Origin: Moniliella sp. 'wahieum'
Taxonomy: Eukaryota
Length of the DNA stretch: 64,000 nucleotides
NCBI GenBank assembly: GCA_003971905.1
Contig: RSEE01000001.1
Location: 124,001-188,000, forward strand
Direction of reading: 5' to 3'
Below, one piece after another: positions 1-13,226 of this stretch. A program made the position numbers and the translations under genes. Within the stretch, counting starts at the first letter, position 1, and every line of letters starts with the position of its first letter. Below the pieces are notes generated by a model. The model made no database searches. It saw only the letters and a program-made list of their open reading frames with translations, and was not told the origin of the DNA.

Positions 1-1330
1 CCTGTTCACGCGACTGACCCAGGAGCTTGCTCAGCTCCTCCTCGGCGAGGGAGAGTGCATGTCGCGCCTCGGTCACAGCTTCTGTTTGTGCCTCGCTCCG
101 CCGCGCGAGCTCCGAAGAGAGGTGAGTGTCAAACTGGGCGCTATCGGCTTGGGACAGAGCACGGGAGGCATCGTACCCTCGGATTCCCAATGCTCGACTG
201 AGTGTGTGCACCTTGTCTGTCCTCTTGGCCATGAGTTCATGATAGGTACGTATCCGAGCCTCTAGACCCCCCTTTTCAGAAAATTTCTTTTGGCGCTCTT
301 GGTCCAGCTCGTCTATCCTGCCTCGGACACGGGCCAGGGATCGGCTCTTGCTCTTGCTCTCCTCATCCAAGCGCGCAAGGTACTGGTGAAACCCATCGAG
401 GCGTTCGCGCAATTCCTCGTCTGAACCCTCGATCGTCTCCATGCCAATCGCAAGCGACTCAAGTTCTTGTTGGCGCAAGGCTTCTCGTTCCTCTAGCAAC
501 TTGAGTTCGTTGACCGCTTTTTGTGCCTCAGCCGCCTTGTCGGCCGTTTGTTGATTCTCTTTCCCTCGTCGAGCAAGTTCATCTCCAAGGCAGCCGACGC
601 CGCCTCCTTCTCATCCAACGCGGCCGTCAGCACAGCGATCTTGCGCTCGAGTTTCCCCTGCATCTCTCTGTCGCGCTTGAGGCCCTCAAGCTCTTTGGCA
701 TCGATCTTGGCCTGGACTTGGCGTTCCTTGTAAAGAGACGTGACGCTGGTTAGGGCCTTGGTCCACTTGGTTGCTTCAAAAATCTCATCAAACTTGATTT
801 TGAGTTTGGACGACTCGGACATGGGCCAGTTGCTGTCCTCCTGGTGGCAAAAAATGACGTTTTCCAGAATCGCCTTGCTCACGCCCATCTCTCGCGGCAC
901 AAGGTCATCCACATCGTTGCACCGTACACTGATCGCTGGGTTTTTACCATGGGCATCCGGTTCTCTGGGTCGTCCTTGTAAAGTGTGTTTTCCAAGGTCT
1001 TCATGGACAGTCCGCCGCCGGCCTTGGTGGAGACCATGAGCTTGCGCTGGACCATAAAGCGTTCGCCGCGGTTGTTTCGGAAGATGAGGCTGACATGGGC
1101 ATGCACTTGGGGTGAGCCAGCCATATGGGGGTCGTAGACAAAGGCGCCACCCTTAGTGTTGGGGGGCAAGACGCCTGTGGTGGCGTACTTGAGGCATTCG
1201 ATGATGGTCGTTTTGCCGCTTCCGTTCTGCCCTACAATGACGGTGAGCGGCGAGTAAAAGGAGCAGCTCTGCTCGTCGCGGTCGCTGAAGGCACGTATGC
1301 GTGATGGCCATGCGGTAGATGGCCAGATGG
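1..1330 (-). CDS. RAD50: DNA repair ATPase Rad50 (5' part; runs off the window start; frameshifted; exact start uncertain)
   Basis: Joined frames give FYSPLTVIVGQNGSGKTTIIECLKYATTG (Walker A), LPPNTKGGAFVYDP and GVSKAILENVIFCHQEDSNWP..KFDEIFEATKWTKAL, followed by coiled coil. Confidence 0.95.
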
Positions 1331-1611
1331 ACTGCGGTAGGGTGTGGAGGGATGCGACGAGAGGGGCGGGTGTGGTGTGGTAACGGGCAACTAATGGTCA
1401 CTGCTAATTAGAGGGGAGGACGGAGTCCCAGAGCACCGCTTGCAGCGGAATGGGCGGGCGGAAGACGGCTGATGTAGAAATGTGTGAGACGTGAACTGAC
1501 GGGTGACGCGGCGCGTCGTCTTTCTGGGGTAAACGGTTAAGGCTGATGAGCGATGAAGCTTCAAGTGCCCAATGGCCGTCCTCTGTTTGCCACGTCTCCA
1601 CCCCCATCGAG

Positions 1612-2511
1612 ATGAGTGAGCAGCAGGTTGTTCTGATTACCGGCGCATCCCGCGGGATGGGCCTGCAGGTGGCCAATTCCTCCTCCACGGCACCACAGTA
1701 TCCCCCCCTCCGTGTCGTCTCCCTCTCCCGCCCGCCCCCCCGCGCTGAACGAGCTGCAAGCGCAGTTCCCCCACAATCTCCTTCTTGTCCAGGGCGACGT
1801 TACCAACCTGGACGACAACCAAGCTGCCGTCAAGGCTGCCCTTGACGCGTGGGGTCGGCGATGCTGTTGTGCTCAACGGTGGCCTGATCCACTTTGGTTC
1901 GCTGCCACGATGGATCCAGCCATGTTTGCCAATGCTGCTTAGGTCAACTTGGTCAGCTTGCAACTCACCCTTCACGCAGCTCTACCGGCCCTGCGCAAAT
2001 CCCCCTCGGGCAAGGCAAGGTCGTCCTCTGTCTCCTCCGGCGCTGCTGTTCCTCCCGTGCCGCTTGGGGAGCTTACAATGCCTCCAAGGCCGGTGCGAAC
2101 GCATTGATGCGTACCCTTGCTTCGGAGGAAGGAGGGGGAGCCAACGCAGCGCCCATCGCCGTCTTTTCTGTTCGTCCTGGACAGGTGGATACACAGGTTT
2201 GTATTCCATCCTCTGCCCTACATTTTTGCCATGGGAGCTGACACCATGATCTATGATAGATGCAGGAGGAGATGCGGGATGCCCATCGTCCTGACTTTGA
2301 CCAGGCTACGTTTGATTCCTTTTCCCAGGCCCACCGCGGAAGGCAAGCTACTCAAGGTGGAACAGCCTTCGCATGTGATTGCTGCCTTGTCTGTATGGGA
2401 TCCCGCTCTTCCCCTGCCAACAGCAGCGGAGAGGGCTTGGGCGCCCAAGGTGCGTTTTTCAACTGGAATGCCCCCGAGGTCGCAGAGGCTACTTGGCAGT
2501 GGCAGGCCTAA
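1612..2511 (+). CDS. Short-chain dehydrogenase/reductase (sepiapterin/benzil reductase-like), one intron ~2196-2259
   Basis: VVLITGASRGMG (TGxxxGxG), VQGDVT, WGAYNASKA (YxxxK), VRPGQVDTQM. Divergent from RAD50. Confidence 0.9.
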
Positions 2512-3031
2512 AAGCCAACGCACGATGGCTGTTCCTTTGGCGGCAAAACATTGGTGTAGGCTGTCGTACGTGGCATCTTTTTCCTCGGTACAGATGACAC
2601 AAGACATTGGCGAGGGCGAGGGCCAAAGGAGTACGGGCAATCCATGTAGTGCGAACACACACGCTTTAACGTCCACTATGTCAGCTCGACCTCTTCCTTG
2701 TTCCTCGCGTATTGCATCGCCAGTGCATTCGTTGTGAGGGCATGCTCAGGTGTATTTGCAAACCGACACAGCGATATGAGACTCTGCTTGTGCGTGCTCT
2801 GCGAGGAATGGAGGCGGCCGGAGGTGAAGGTGAGGCCGGAGGACGTGGGCGTGAGGTGCGAAGAGCAAGACGGTGGGCGAGGGGTCGAGGCCTCCTCCAT
2901 CATGCATCATATCATCGATCATCGCATCCCACTGTCCAATCACAGCCACATCACCTGCTGTCGACTGGCGAGTGTCCGCAGCCTGTGCGCATGCTCCGGT
3001 GTGGGACAGGTGTGATGTGGGTTGGATCGTC

Positions 3032-3870
3032 ATGGCACCCCACCTCCACTGGCTCTGTACCCCCCATGCCCTCGCCTGTGTCGTGGGCGTCCCGCCGCGC
3101 GCACCGCAGCCAGTCCTTCGACTCGGCCGCTGCTCCGCGGCCAGCTCACCGCGGGTGGGAGCTCAACTACCTCCCCGCCCGCCCCGCCCGCCCGCCCACG
3201 CCGCCCCCGTCTCCTCCGCCCTCGGCCTCCACCTCCACCCCGAATCCCATCTCCCCCCCCCCGCTGGCCGCACCGCGTCGCTGCGCCCTGGCACGCTGGC
3301 CAGCGCCTCGTCCGCCGCGCCCCGCCACCACCGCCACCGCCGCCCGCCCTGCCTCTTCCGGCGCCACGTCCCCCCCCGCCGACGGCCCCCCGTCGCGCCG
3401 GCGCCGCTCTCGGTGCCCGCCAACATCGTCCCCTGTGTCTTCCCGCCGTATGCACAGCACTCGCTCGCCGTCCTGCTCGAGGTGCTCGTCAGCGGCCGTG
3501 TGCGGTCCAAGATGTGCGGTGTCGACCGGGCGACGAACGAGGTGGTATTTGTGTGGCGCCGGGTGCAGGGAATGTGGGAAAAAGTGTATGACCTGGTGAT
3601 TGTACGGACGGGAGAGGTGGTGGTCCGTACGCGGCACGATTGGGGCACCAACACGTTTGCAGCGGAAGACCCTGTTTGGGCGGCGCCCGCTTTGCCATTC
3701 GCCGTCGGACCCTCTTGTCGAGCGAGATGGTGGTGGACTGTGCCCTGGCAGCTCCAGCGGCCGGCCTGATGGTCGCCCGTCTTCCGATCGTACACCGGCC
3801 CTACCAGCACACCCATGAGATTCTCCATCCCGCCGGCCCCGTCTTGGCTACATCCAGATCAACAAACTGA
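3032..3870 (+). CDS. Hypothetical protein (Pro-rich N-terminus, beta-rich central part)
   Basis: GC-rich ORFs with protein-like text (VVFVWRRVQGMWEKVYDLVIVRTGEVVVRT); no family recognised; ends uncertain. Confidence 0.35.
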
Positions 3871-4926
3871 GTGGGCGCTTGTGTCTCCGCCTTTGGGGTA
3901 CGCCGCCCTCTGCCGCCACCGCGCAGGCTTGCCTGGACTAACCAACCTTCTGCACAGTCTCTCCTGGATTCGACATCATTGTGGCCTTTGTGGTGGCCTG
4001 TGTGCTCGCCAAGAAAGAAGGTGGATTGGGCTATCGACCCCGTGATGGGGAACTTCAAACGTGCCCCTACGCTTCACAGTCCCGACTACGATCGGTTGTT
4101 ACGGCACCCGCACTGGCTCCTACGATGGTACGTACGCTGTGTAACCTCTTTGCATGGCCACGCAGCCGTTCCATCATCACTCGGTCCCTCATGGGCCACC
4201 TTCCATCCACCATCCTTTTTCCTCGACTTCATCCACCCTCCGTACCCTCTAGTCCTTCGTCCCTCATGATATCTTTGCCCGTCCTGGCCGCTTCACATCT
4301 GGCGCCCCCCAAATCTACCCTTGCTCTGTTACTTTGGCTCGGCGACCCCCGCTCGACACTGGGCCGCATATGCAGTGCGAGTCCGAGGGAGGGGTCCCGC
4401 ATACGGGTACCACGTTTACCCCTTTGTCTATCCTCTGTTATCCTCTGTTACCTCTATGCCTCATACCATTAACATCACACAAGTTGGGGTCGGGAAACAT
4501 CTGATGCCTTTTTGTCGGTCTTAGTGCACCGCTCTTTCCTTTTCCCCCTGATTGCCGGTGAGGTATCGCCGCCTCCCACGTAGCCCTCCGCGTTGCTGTC
4601 GACCATGCTTAGGCTGTGAGTGGGGCCGCAACAGGGAACATTGATGACATGCGAGGTTGAGGACGCTAAGGCGTCTGTCAGCCCAAGCCAAACTGACCAG
4701 TCTCTCGTGCTTCTTCAGAAGAACCGAGACCCTAGATGAACAAGTGGAGCTGTACTGAGTTGCTTACATTCTCTCCACATCTAGATGCACAATGCAAGGT
4801 GCTGGGAACTGGAAGGATTGAATACTGAGAGTGACTCTCAATTAGATGGTTCACCGCTCGGATGTCTACCACGTTCATCGTATCCACACGAGCTTCCTCG
4901 GGCATGGGAAAAAAGGATGGTGGGCA

Positions 4927-5064
4927 CCAGAGGGTCCTGAGGTCCTGACGATTCCCCAGGTTCCTTAACCGAGGTTGGCGCTATCAAGCAGCACGCGCAG
5001 GATGAACGGGGGTCGGTTTACTAGGCTGTCTTCGTACCAGGATTAAGCTATGTCAATGATATGG
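4927..5064. repeat. Diverged copy of the B+A repeat family (see 47550-47775)
   Basis: GGGTCCTGA..TCCTG.CGAT.CCCC.GGT.CCTT.ACC...GATGAACGG...GGTTTA...TTAAGCT.TGTCAATGA aligns by eye with 47623-47760. Confidence 0.75.
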
Positions 5065-5360
5065 TTGCAGTATAAATGTCCATAAAATTTTCTTGCCAGG
5101 CGAGAGAGGGTGTGTCATTATCTCATCTCGCTCTATGCACTATGCTAGACCCTGCACTTACCTTGGCTCTGTTCAAGGTTCAAGGTGGAATCACGATCAA
5201 TAACGAGCGAGTGCGAGAGAGAAGCGAGAACACGTTGCTTTGCAGCGCCTGACCAAGCCCGATCGGGGGTGGCCGGTGGGGGGTCAACAAATGTCAGAGA
5301 GGGTCTGGGGGTCTCACTGGCGAACACACACGCCAGTTGCGCAAGTGCAGGAAACGGAGC

Positions 5361-5406
5361 GATGGAATGGAATGGATGGAATGGAATGAATTGGAATGAG
5401 ATGGAA
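5361..5406. repeat. Imperfect (GGAAT)n microsatellite
   Basis: atggaatggaatggatggaatggaatgaattggaatgagatggaa. Confidence 0.8.
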
Positions 5407-5658
5407 CGACCGGAGGGAATCGCGTCTCACGCCTCAGGCTTCAGGAATCAAGCGTCAAAGAACGAGAAACCCAAGTTCATGATGAGATGAGGAACAAGGA
5501 ACAAGGAACGGTAGAGGAAGGAGGAATGAAGCTAGGGAGGAGGGAGGACATTGAATATTGAGCAATGGAGGAGGGAGGTAGGGAGACGGGGACCGAATCA
5601 GTCTCTAATGCAGTGACAGGAAAAGATGGGGAAGGGGGGAGAATGCGCGACCGACAAG

Positions 5659-8600
5659 CTAGCGAGGCGCGGCGGAGCAACGGTTCTCCTGCAACACGCG
5701 GTCCAGGCGGGCAACCAAGTCGGGGTCCAAGGCCCATTGCGCCGCACGTGATTGACTCGGTGGTGCGGGGGGGGGCGGGGGCCGAAGGCGAGGCCTGGAG
5801 GAGGACTGGAGCTGGAGCTGCCGCTGCAGTTGGAGCGGGATCCCAAGGGGGAAAACGGGATGGCTGGGAAGGTGTGGTGAACGCCAGCGGGACCGCAGGC
5901 TGGACCCTTCCCCAATCGGTACATCTTCCCATTGTCCGACCCGCAGTGGGTCCATGCGCGCCTCAAGGCGGGACAAGGGAGGGTCAAGCAGGCGGCGCGT
6001 AAACGCGTCGGGGCCCACCAGGTCGTGCGCAAGATCACGCGCTTGAGCAGTGGTGGAGTGGGCCGATAGAGCCCAGGGGGGTTGGTCGGCTTCGTCGCCC
6101 CTGAAAGGGAATACCGGCCCGCGAGGGCTGAAGAGCCCGCCCTGCTGCTCCAGGCGCATACTCAGTCGGCCAAATGCTTCCCTCGAGACAGTAAGCCGAC
6201 GGTCGCCAAGGAGTGTGCGACGCTGCTGGTCCGACGGATGCAACGTTTCCATCACCAACTCCATCGTGCCCGGGTCTGGCATTTCCGGCGTTCTGGCCAC
6301 CACAGACGGGAGGGATTGCATCCCTTGTGAGGCAGGGATGGGCATGTGCTCGATCCCAAGTGTCACTGCCGCCTGTACCGCAGCTCTTGTATATGCGTCT
6401 TCGGTTCGCTCCCCATCCTGGGGCAACATCACGTTGACCGTGTGGCATGCTGCTGCTGCTTCCATGTAGAGGGAATCCGAGTCGGGAGGCAGGGCTGGAC
6501 GTGCAGCAAGGCCTGTAGGATGAAACATCCGCCGCCAAATGAGGTAGAGAATGGAAAGGTAATCCCTCAGGTTATGGACCCCGCTTCCAGAGTAGACGCA
6601 AAACGTGGCGCGCTGGTGCTCATTGAACTCGGGTGGGGGGCACGGCACATACACTGTAACTCTTTCTTGCGGAACGCGGGTACGCCTGTCAGGGACAGGT
6701 GGGTGAGCTTGTTGAGCTTGAGAACGGCATAGTACACCCCAGGGACAGTCAGACGATCGCAGTACGAAAGATGAATCCGCTCCAGTGACGTGTGTCGTTC
6801 GACCAGGGAGATAAGGGCCGCATCAGTCAGTCCTTGAACCTTGACAAGCCCGATCCGGCGCAGCTTGGGCAAATTCAGGCCAATCTCTCGCACCGCCGCA
6901 TCAGTCAAGTCAGGGCAATAAGCAAGATCAATGTACCGCAAGCGAGTGCAGGAGCGCACCAGGTACTTGATACCCCGGTCTGTAATCCTAATAGTATCAG
7001 TCATGGTCAGTATAGGGCCCGTCAACGTGGTGCGGTGTAGGAACGTACTTTTCGCATCGACCCAAATGGAGGTAGTGAAGGTTTTTCCCTAAGCGCGAGA
7101 TGGCGTAGATGGCATCGTCGGTCAGGAGCGAGCATTTCGAAAGAACCAAATTGCGCAACTTGGGAGAATGGTTAATGATCCCTTCGATAGCCGAATCGGT
7201 GAGCTGGGTGCAGTTGCCCAAATCGAGGATTCGGAGTTGCTCAAAGATGCGGGTGGGCGTGGTGGGAGCGAGGCATGAGAAAGCGGGGGAATGTCCATCT
7301 CCTTGTGAGGTGAAACGCCGCTTGCGCGTGAGGCCGTCGGGCAAGCTGAAGGCACACCCGATAGTTCCGAGCCGTATACGTCCTCTTCGTGAGTCACGTC
7401 ATCCTCGTCAAGAAGTACGATCTTGGACGCATCGCGCACATCGGCGGGGATAATGTCATCCTCCCATTTATTGTCGAGGACGATGCCATTGGAGAGAACG
7501 TTGGTGCGGCGAACAAGACCAGCATTAGGTGCTGGGAAACCCAGGGAGGTGAGTTGCAGGCAGCCTGTAAGCTTCAGTTCACGAAGAACATGGGTGTGTC
7601 GCCAGATGGCGGCCACCCCCTCGTCCGAGATATCAATGCAACCCGTCAAATCAATCTCCAGCAGATGACGGCAGTGCCGTGCAAGGGCGACAACAGCACT
7701 GTTATTGACAAGAGCGCAATTGCCGAGCTTGACCCTGCGAAGTAGGGGACAGTGCACGGCGAGGGGGATGACGCCTTTACTCGAAATCTTGGAACAGTTG
7801 GTAAGGTTGATACCTTGTAGGCGGGGGCACGCCTTGGCAATGGCTTCGAGTGTCTCGTCCGTAAGCTGGGCCACATCCGTTAGGTCAATGGCCACCATGG
7901 CGGTGCATTGGGGGAGCACTTCGCGCAAGATGCCGTCAGGCAAGTGTTTGGCCCCCGCCAAAGTCAGCCTTTCCAACTGGCGGCAGTGAGCAATTGCACG
8001 GAACACCTGGGCACGGGGACCAGCCAGATCTTTGCCAATCAAACAGCAGTTGATCCTTCTCACATAATCGCTGTAGGGGAACATGGTTTCAGGTGGCCCC
8101 GATCCTTCTTCCAGCCCTAGGGGCGAGGTGACCGGAGGCAAGACCAAGGGGACCGGGGGGGTGAATGGGGATGAAATTAAATCCGACGATAGTGGCGGCG
8201 GTAGGTGAGTGCCGCTCTCTGACACGGCATGGTCAGCGGCAGTGGATTCCATAGACACCGACAAGAAGTCGGTCGCTTCAGGAAGAGCGTTCGAGGTTGA
8301 GTCTGTAGTGGCAGACCCACCGCCAGTGGAGTGATCCGAAAGCTGGAGGATGGCGAGGGCGGACTGGAGAGACGGGGACAAAGTCTGCCCAGTTGAGCCA
8401 ACCAGGACGGCGACCATGTGGTCAAATACCCGAGGGAAGTGAAATGTGTGTTTGTACCAAAGCAGCTCAAGGCCGGCATGGCACCAACGATGACTGACGA
8501 CCAAGCATTCGGTGAGATCCGCAGAGCCGTTGGCCTGGACGAATCGGAGAATTTGAAGCAAGATCTCGTGCGGGAGGGTGGCGAAGGTGGTCTTTGGCAC

Positions 8601-9237
8601 AGTGTCCTCAACCAAGGGAAGGCAGGGCGGGCGTATCTTGGCCTCGGGCGCATCCTCCTCGTCGCTCTCATCAGCAGACGTCGGGTCATCGTCGTCGTGC
8701 CAGGAGGCGGACATGGAATGGGCCGATACAAAAGCAGAGGACGCCGAAGGGGGTGGGGAGGTGGAGCGGGAGCGGGATGGAGAAGGCGAGCGAGACGGAG
8801 TGCGAGCACGGAATAGTCCCGTGTTCCCAGAGTGTAGCGGGCGAGTACGGGGAGTATCAAGCGAGCGAGTACCACCGATGGCGTCCCGGTCAGCTGATCG
8901 GGGAGCAGCCGAGGGGTGAGCCAGAGAGGGTTTGGCGGTAGCGGCAGACGCAGCGGCGCCAGCACTGGTGCCTACGTCCACTGGAGATTGGATCGAAGGC
9001 GGGGGCGGATGGATCCAGAGCGGGGCACGCAAAGAGGAGGAAGGCACGAGGGTGTCCCTGCGCGCGAGGAGTGGGGTAGACGCAGTGGGATCCTCCACAG
9101 GGGACAGACGGACGCCGATGGAGCTGGAATCGAGGTCGGCAGGGCTGGTGGCAAGGGCCGGGCGGGTGGCGGGGCGCGGGCGAGAGCGAGGCAGGCAGGG
9201 GAGGTGTTGGCGGCGGAGGGAGGGGGGGGGCGTCCAT
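5659..9237 (-). CDS. GRR1: SCF F-box/LRR protein, Grr1/GrrA family
   Basis: F-box (LPHEILLQILRFV...CLVVSHRWCHAGLELLW), FPYSDYVRRIN, many cysteine-containing LRRs, and THLSLTGVPAF..ELQ...PPPEFNEHQRATFCVYSGSGVHNLRDYL. Intron near 6990-7047; frameshifts. Confidence 0.92.
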
Positions 9238-10336
9238 GGCGGGCAGTGGGGGAGGGGTGGGGGTGGGGAGGAGGAGGGATGGTGGGGGCGTGTCTGAAGC
9301 GAGGCTTGGCAGCCGCCGCAAATCGCCAATCAGTCATCGGCATGCGTGTTCGCGTGCACTGAACGTTCACCTGAACGCTCAAACGTTCATCTTCAGCTGC
9401 CTCTCAGCCTGAGATCGCAGCCTCTCCTCTCGACTCCGATCCCAGCAGCCGCCAGCAGCAGCACGCCTCAGCCTCAGCCCCACCGCCGCACGCCGCCAGC
9501 ACGCCGCTCCAGCCGCAGCACGCCACAGCCTCCCACTCCCCAGGATACGGGAACCCTAGCGGCCCTGCCCACACACGGCCCTCATGCCCCATCCACGTTC
9601 AACCTCAAATACGCTCAACCCGTGATCGATAAGCAAAACCCAACACCACATATGCCCGCCCAAACATAAATAGAGAGAGCAGCTGCCTCGCCGGCATTGG
9701 CTTCGCCCAGTGCGGTTGCGACGGGCAGGGATGACTAGGGTATTCCGCTCAATCTAAATCCTATCCACAGTGGCGAGACACTATCCTTCGCATTCCGCAA
9801 GAAAAGTAAAAAAAAATCCTACTGAAAAAAGATGAGCACAAAAGTAACTTAAGGTGATGACCGAAGACGTCAGTGACCTATGGCCAATGATTAATGACCA
9901 GGGTCGACGGCAAGACGATGAAAGTGAGAGGCCGACGCGCTTTTCCACCTCAGAGAACACGGTCCCAACCACACGTTGCACACTTGTAAGGCCAATCTGA
10001 CGCTCTCTCTGATCGTAACATCTTAACCAGCTTGTCAAGCTTCTCACGGTCTATTGAAACACCCCATCCCCAAACCTCACACACCAATCGCATCGAGCGC
10101 CCGTAGCATCCATTAGAATGAAGGTAGTGTGCATATTGCATGAAGTGAACAAAAAACGGAACTGTTCATCCATGCAGTCTGAAGATAATAAAGACTGAAA
10201 AACAGAATGAGATCGAATAGGTGCAACCTGAAAACGGATACAAGGGAACACTTTTTTCATGAAAGGCTTGATGCGATCAACAAGTTGGGTGACCAAGCGC
10301 CAAACCGAGAGAAAAGAGAGAGGACTGAGGACTGAT

Positions 10337-12542
10337 TTAGGCCACCGACACGGTGGGCGTGATCATCCTCCTGCGAGTGTAGACCGTACCGGCCTCCACA
10401 TCCTCGTCCATATCCACGTTCTTGCCGTCGTTGCGCTCTCGGCCGGCTGCCAAGGTCTGGGCAAAGATCGAGCGTTCCCGCACCTCCTTGCCCTTGTACC
10501 ATAGAATGTAAATGGGGAAGATAATGAGGATCGAAGCAAAGGCCAGCAGAGTGGTGGCCCACTCGTACCCCATCTTTCGTACATTGGTACCGAGAACATG
10601 GCCGAAATGCCCGCGAGGAAATCACGCGCCAGCGCATTTCCACCACACGCACTCGCACTGTCGTCATGGTCAGCCAACAAAACACAACAACAAAGCCAGA
10701 CACGGGAACGTACCTGTAAGGACCGTAGGCGGCAATCATATAGTCAACAGTGGCAAAATAGATAGCGTAATTGGCCATCGAAATGAGCGCACTGAAAATT
10801 AGCGGTGCGATCCAGTGGGAATGAGGGGGACCCATGGAGGTCCAGGCAAAGCCGAATAGACCCAACGTCTCCCAAGGACAAAGGAAGAGGAGATATGTCA
10901 AACGAGCCTCGGGCGTGAGCGCGTTACGATCACGCTTCCTCTGCTTGAGCTCCCATCCAAACCGGGGCAGGTAGAGGCCCAAGCGATAACATAGCCAATG
11001 ATGACCGAAAGAAAGGCGAGGCCGACTTCGACGGTAGTGAAACTCCACTGGCCAAACACCAGTTCAAAGCTTTTGGAAAATAAAGATAAGCATGTCGCTA
11101 AACCCAGAAAGAAGGGAGCAGAAGAGCACAATTGGCTCCCGCACAAACATCTCAAATGGACGGATCCAATGCGTAGCCATCGACTTGAAGTTGATGCTAC
11201 CCTTGGCCTCGGTCGGACCCCAGATATTGGACTCGCCGGCACGACGACGACGACGGGCCTCACGGTCCAAGAGGATGGTGGAACGTGTCTCGGGCACAAT
11301 GAAAAAGTGAAGCAGCTGAGTCAGGCCATTGAAGCACAGCTGACTCCAGAAGTTCCAAATCAAAGGCACACCTGGGATACCAAGGAATCCTCCGATGAAC
11401 GCACCCCCTGACACACCAAAGCACGAGAGGAGCACCATGAATGCCAAAGCGTACTGCTGCTCGTCCGGCTCAAACAGATCAGCCACCACAGCCAGGGTGA
11501 CACCACCATTAGCCGTAAAGAGGCCACAGAAGAAACGAGAGACGACAATCGAACCAAAGTTGGGCGCCAAGGCAGCCAAAATGGTAAAGCCTTGGAGTCA
11601 AGAGAAAGTTAGCCGGTTGCTTCAAAACAGGACAAACAGGGTGGGCTCATATACGCACTGTTAACGAGGGTCAAAGACAATTGCAAGATTGGCTTCCTCC
11701 CAAATTCCTCAGACCATGGTGCCCACAGCTCACAGCCAAAACTGTAAGCCACCAGGTAAATCATCTGACCCACACGGGCCGCTTGTGCGCTGACATGGAA
11801 CTTTTCGACAATCCCAGGCACGGCATTGGAGTAGCAAGAAGTGTTGTAGTTCATCGAGACTTGAATCAGGGCGGTAAAAACAAGGGTCAACCACTTCTTC
11901 CAGGTGGGGAAAGAATATCCTGTAGCGAGATACCCAGCGCGTTCGGTAAGAACAATTTCCTTCTTCGTTGGGGCGTAACTGCGCCTCGCCCTCAATCGCC
12001 TTTTCAGCGTTGGACTTGAGCAGGTCGTTCTTGTTCTCGATCCGCTTGATTTCATGGGGATAGTAAGTCCGCATCCGGTCGCCTAGGCCAGGGTGACGGA
12101 TCTTGACACGTCCATCGGGATACTGGAAGGCAGTCAGAGCGGGGTCTTCCGTAGTCTCCTTTTGCTCGGGCTCCTTCTCGTCTGGGCTGTCGACCGAAGT
12201 TTGCGATCCATCTTCGTTGGATGGGGGGGTGGGAGTGCTAGCCTCTGGCTGGGACGGGTTTGGCACCTGAGCCATGTCGAGCGCCTCGGGTGGGGGGGCG
12301 CCTCGACTGCTCATGTCACCGGGACGAAGCAGGGCGGTGAGAGCAGCGGCAGGAATGCTGCGAGTGCGGCTCTTAGTGCGGGAGTGGGCATTGGTGAGCG
12401 CAGGACCTTCGTCGTCCGAGATGGCTGTCTCGTCAGCCGCAGAGGCAGGGGCGGCATTGGACAGAGCCGCGCGGGCTTGGGCAGCCGTAGTCTGGGACCC
12501 CGCTGACGCCCTATCGAACGGGCGTGGCTCGGTACTTGACAT
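10337..12542 (-). CDS. MFS transporter, DHA1 (drug/polyamine:H+ antiporter-like)
   Basis: WKKWL, WAPWSEEFGRKPILQLSL, FFIVPETRSTILL, WIRPFEMFVREPIV, PEARL, DYMIAAYGPY, SACGGNALARDFLAG. Introns ~11590-11655 and ~10655-10712. Confidence 0.92.
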
Positions 12543-13226
12543 GGGTACTGTGACTGTTGGTTAGGCGAGGGCGGATGGGGGTGGTGGGCAGTGCAGAAAT
12601 ATAAAACGGTGTCGTTCTTGAGAAAGGAGAATCGAAAAGAATATATAGCCACGCAGGGAAAAAAACGGCCGCGTAGAAAGAGCACCCGTCTTATAACGGG
12701 TGACGTATGACGCGTGACGTTGACGGACCCGCGCGTGTAAATCCAGGGCGTCTTCGTGCCGAAAAGTTCGATCACAGTGACGCCGACAGTTTCGCACAGG
12801 GGGGCTGTCACATGCCCCATGCAATGCGTCAAATATGACACCTCACCCACGCGCAGCAGGCCGGCGGAATGGCACACGAGGCGCCTTGGCAGTCGAAACT
12901 GGGCTCGAGCATTGCAACGCTTGCGGCAGTGTGACCCACCCCCCATCCGATCTGGAGGATCTGAATCTAACATCGGTGATGGCTGGCATGGAACATGGTC
13001 ACTGGATCGAGAGGACATGGCTGTTGGGCGTTGGGCCGGCCCACCTCCTACACGCTGCATCAGAGCAGCAAGTACCTGTTGGCCTGCGTGCTCCCGGTCA
13101 GCTGACGGACAGAATCAGGCCGGCGGGTCGGGGCCTGCCGGGGCCAGAACGCCCGCCGGGGCGGTTCTGGCCTGTTACATGTTATGCAAGTTACGGCCAC
13201 AGGAAACATACAGATGTAAACGTGGA

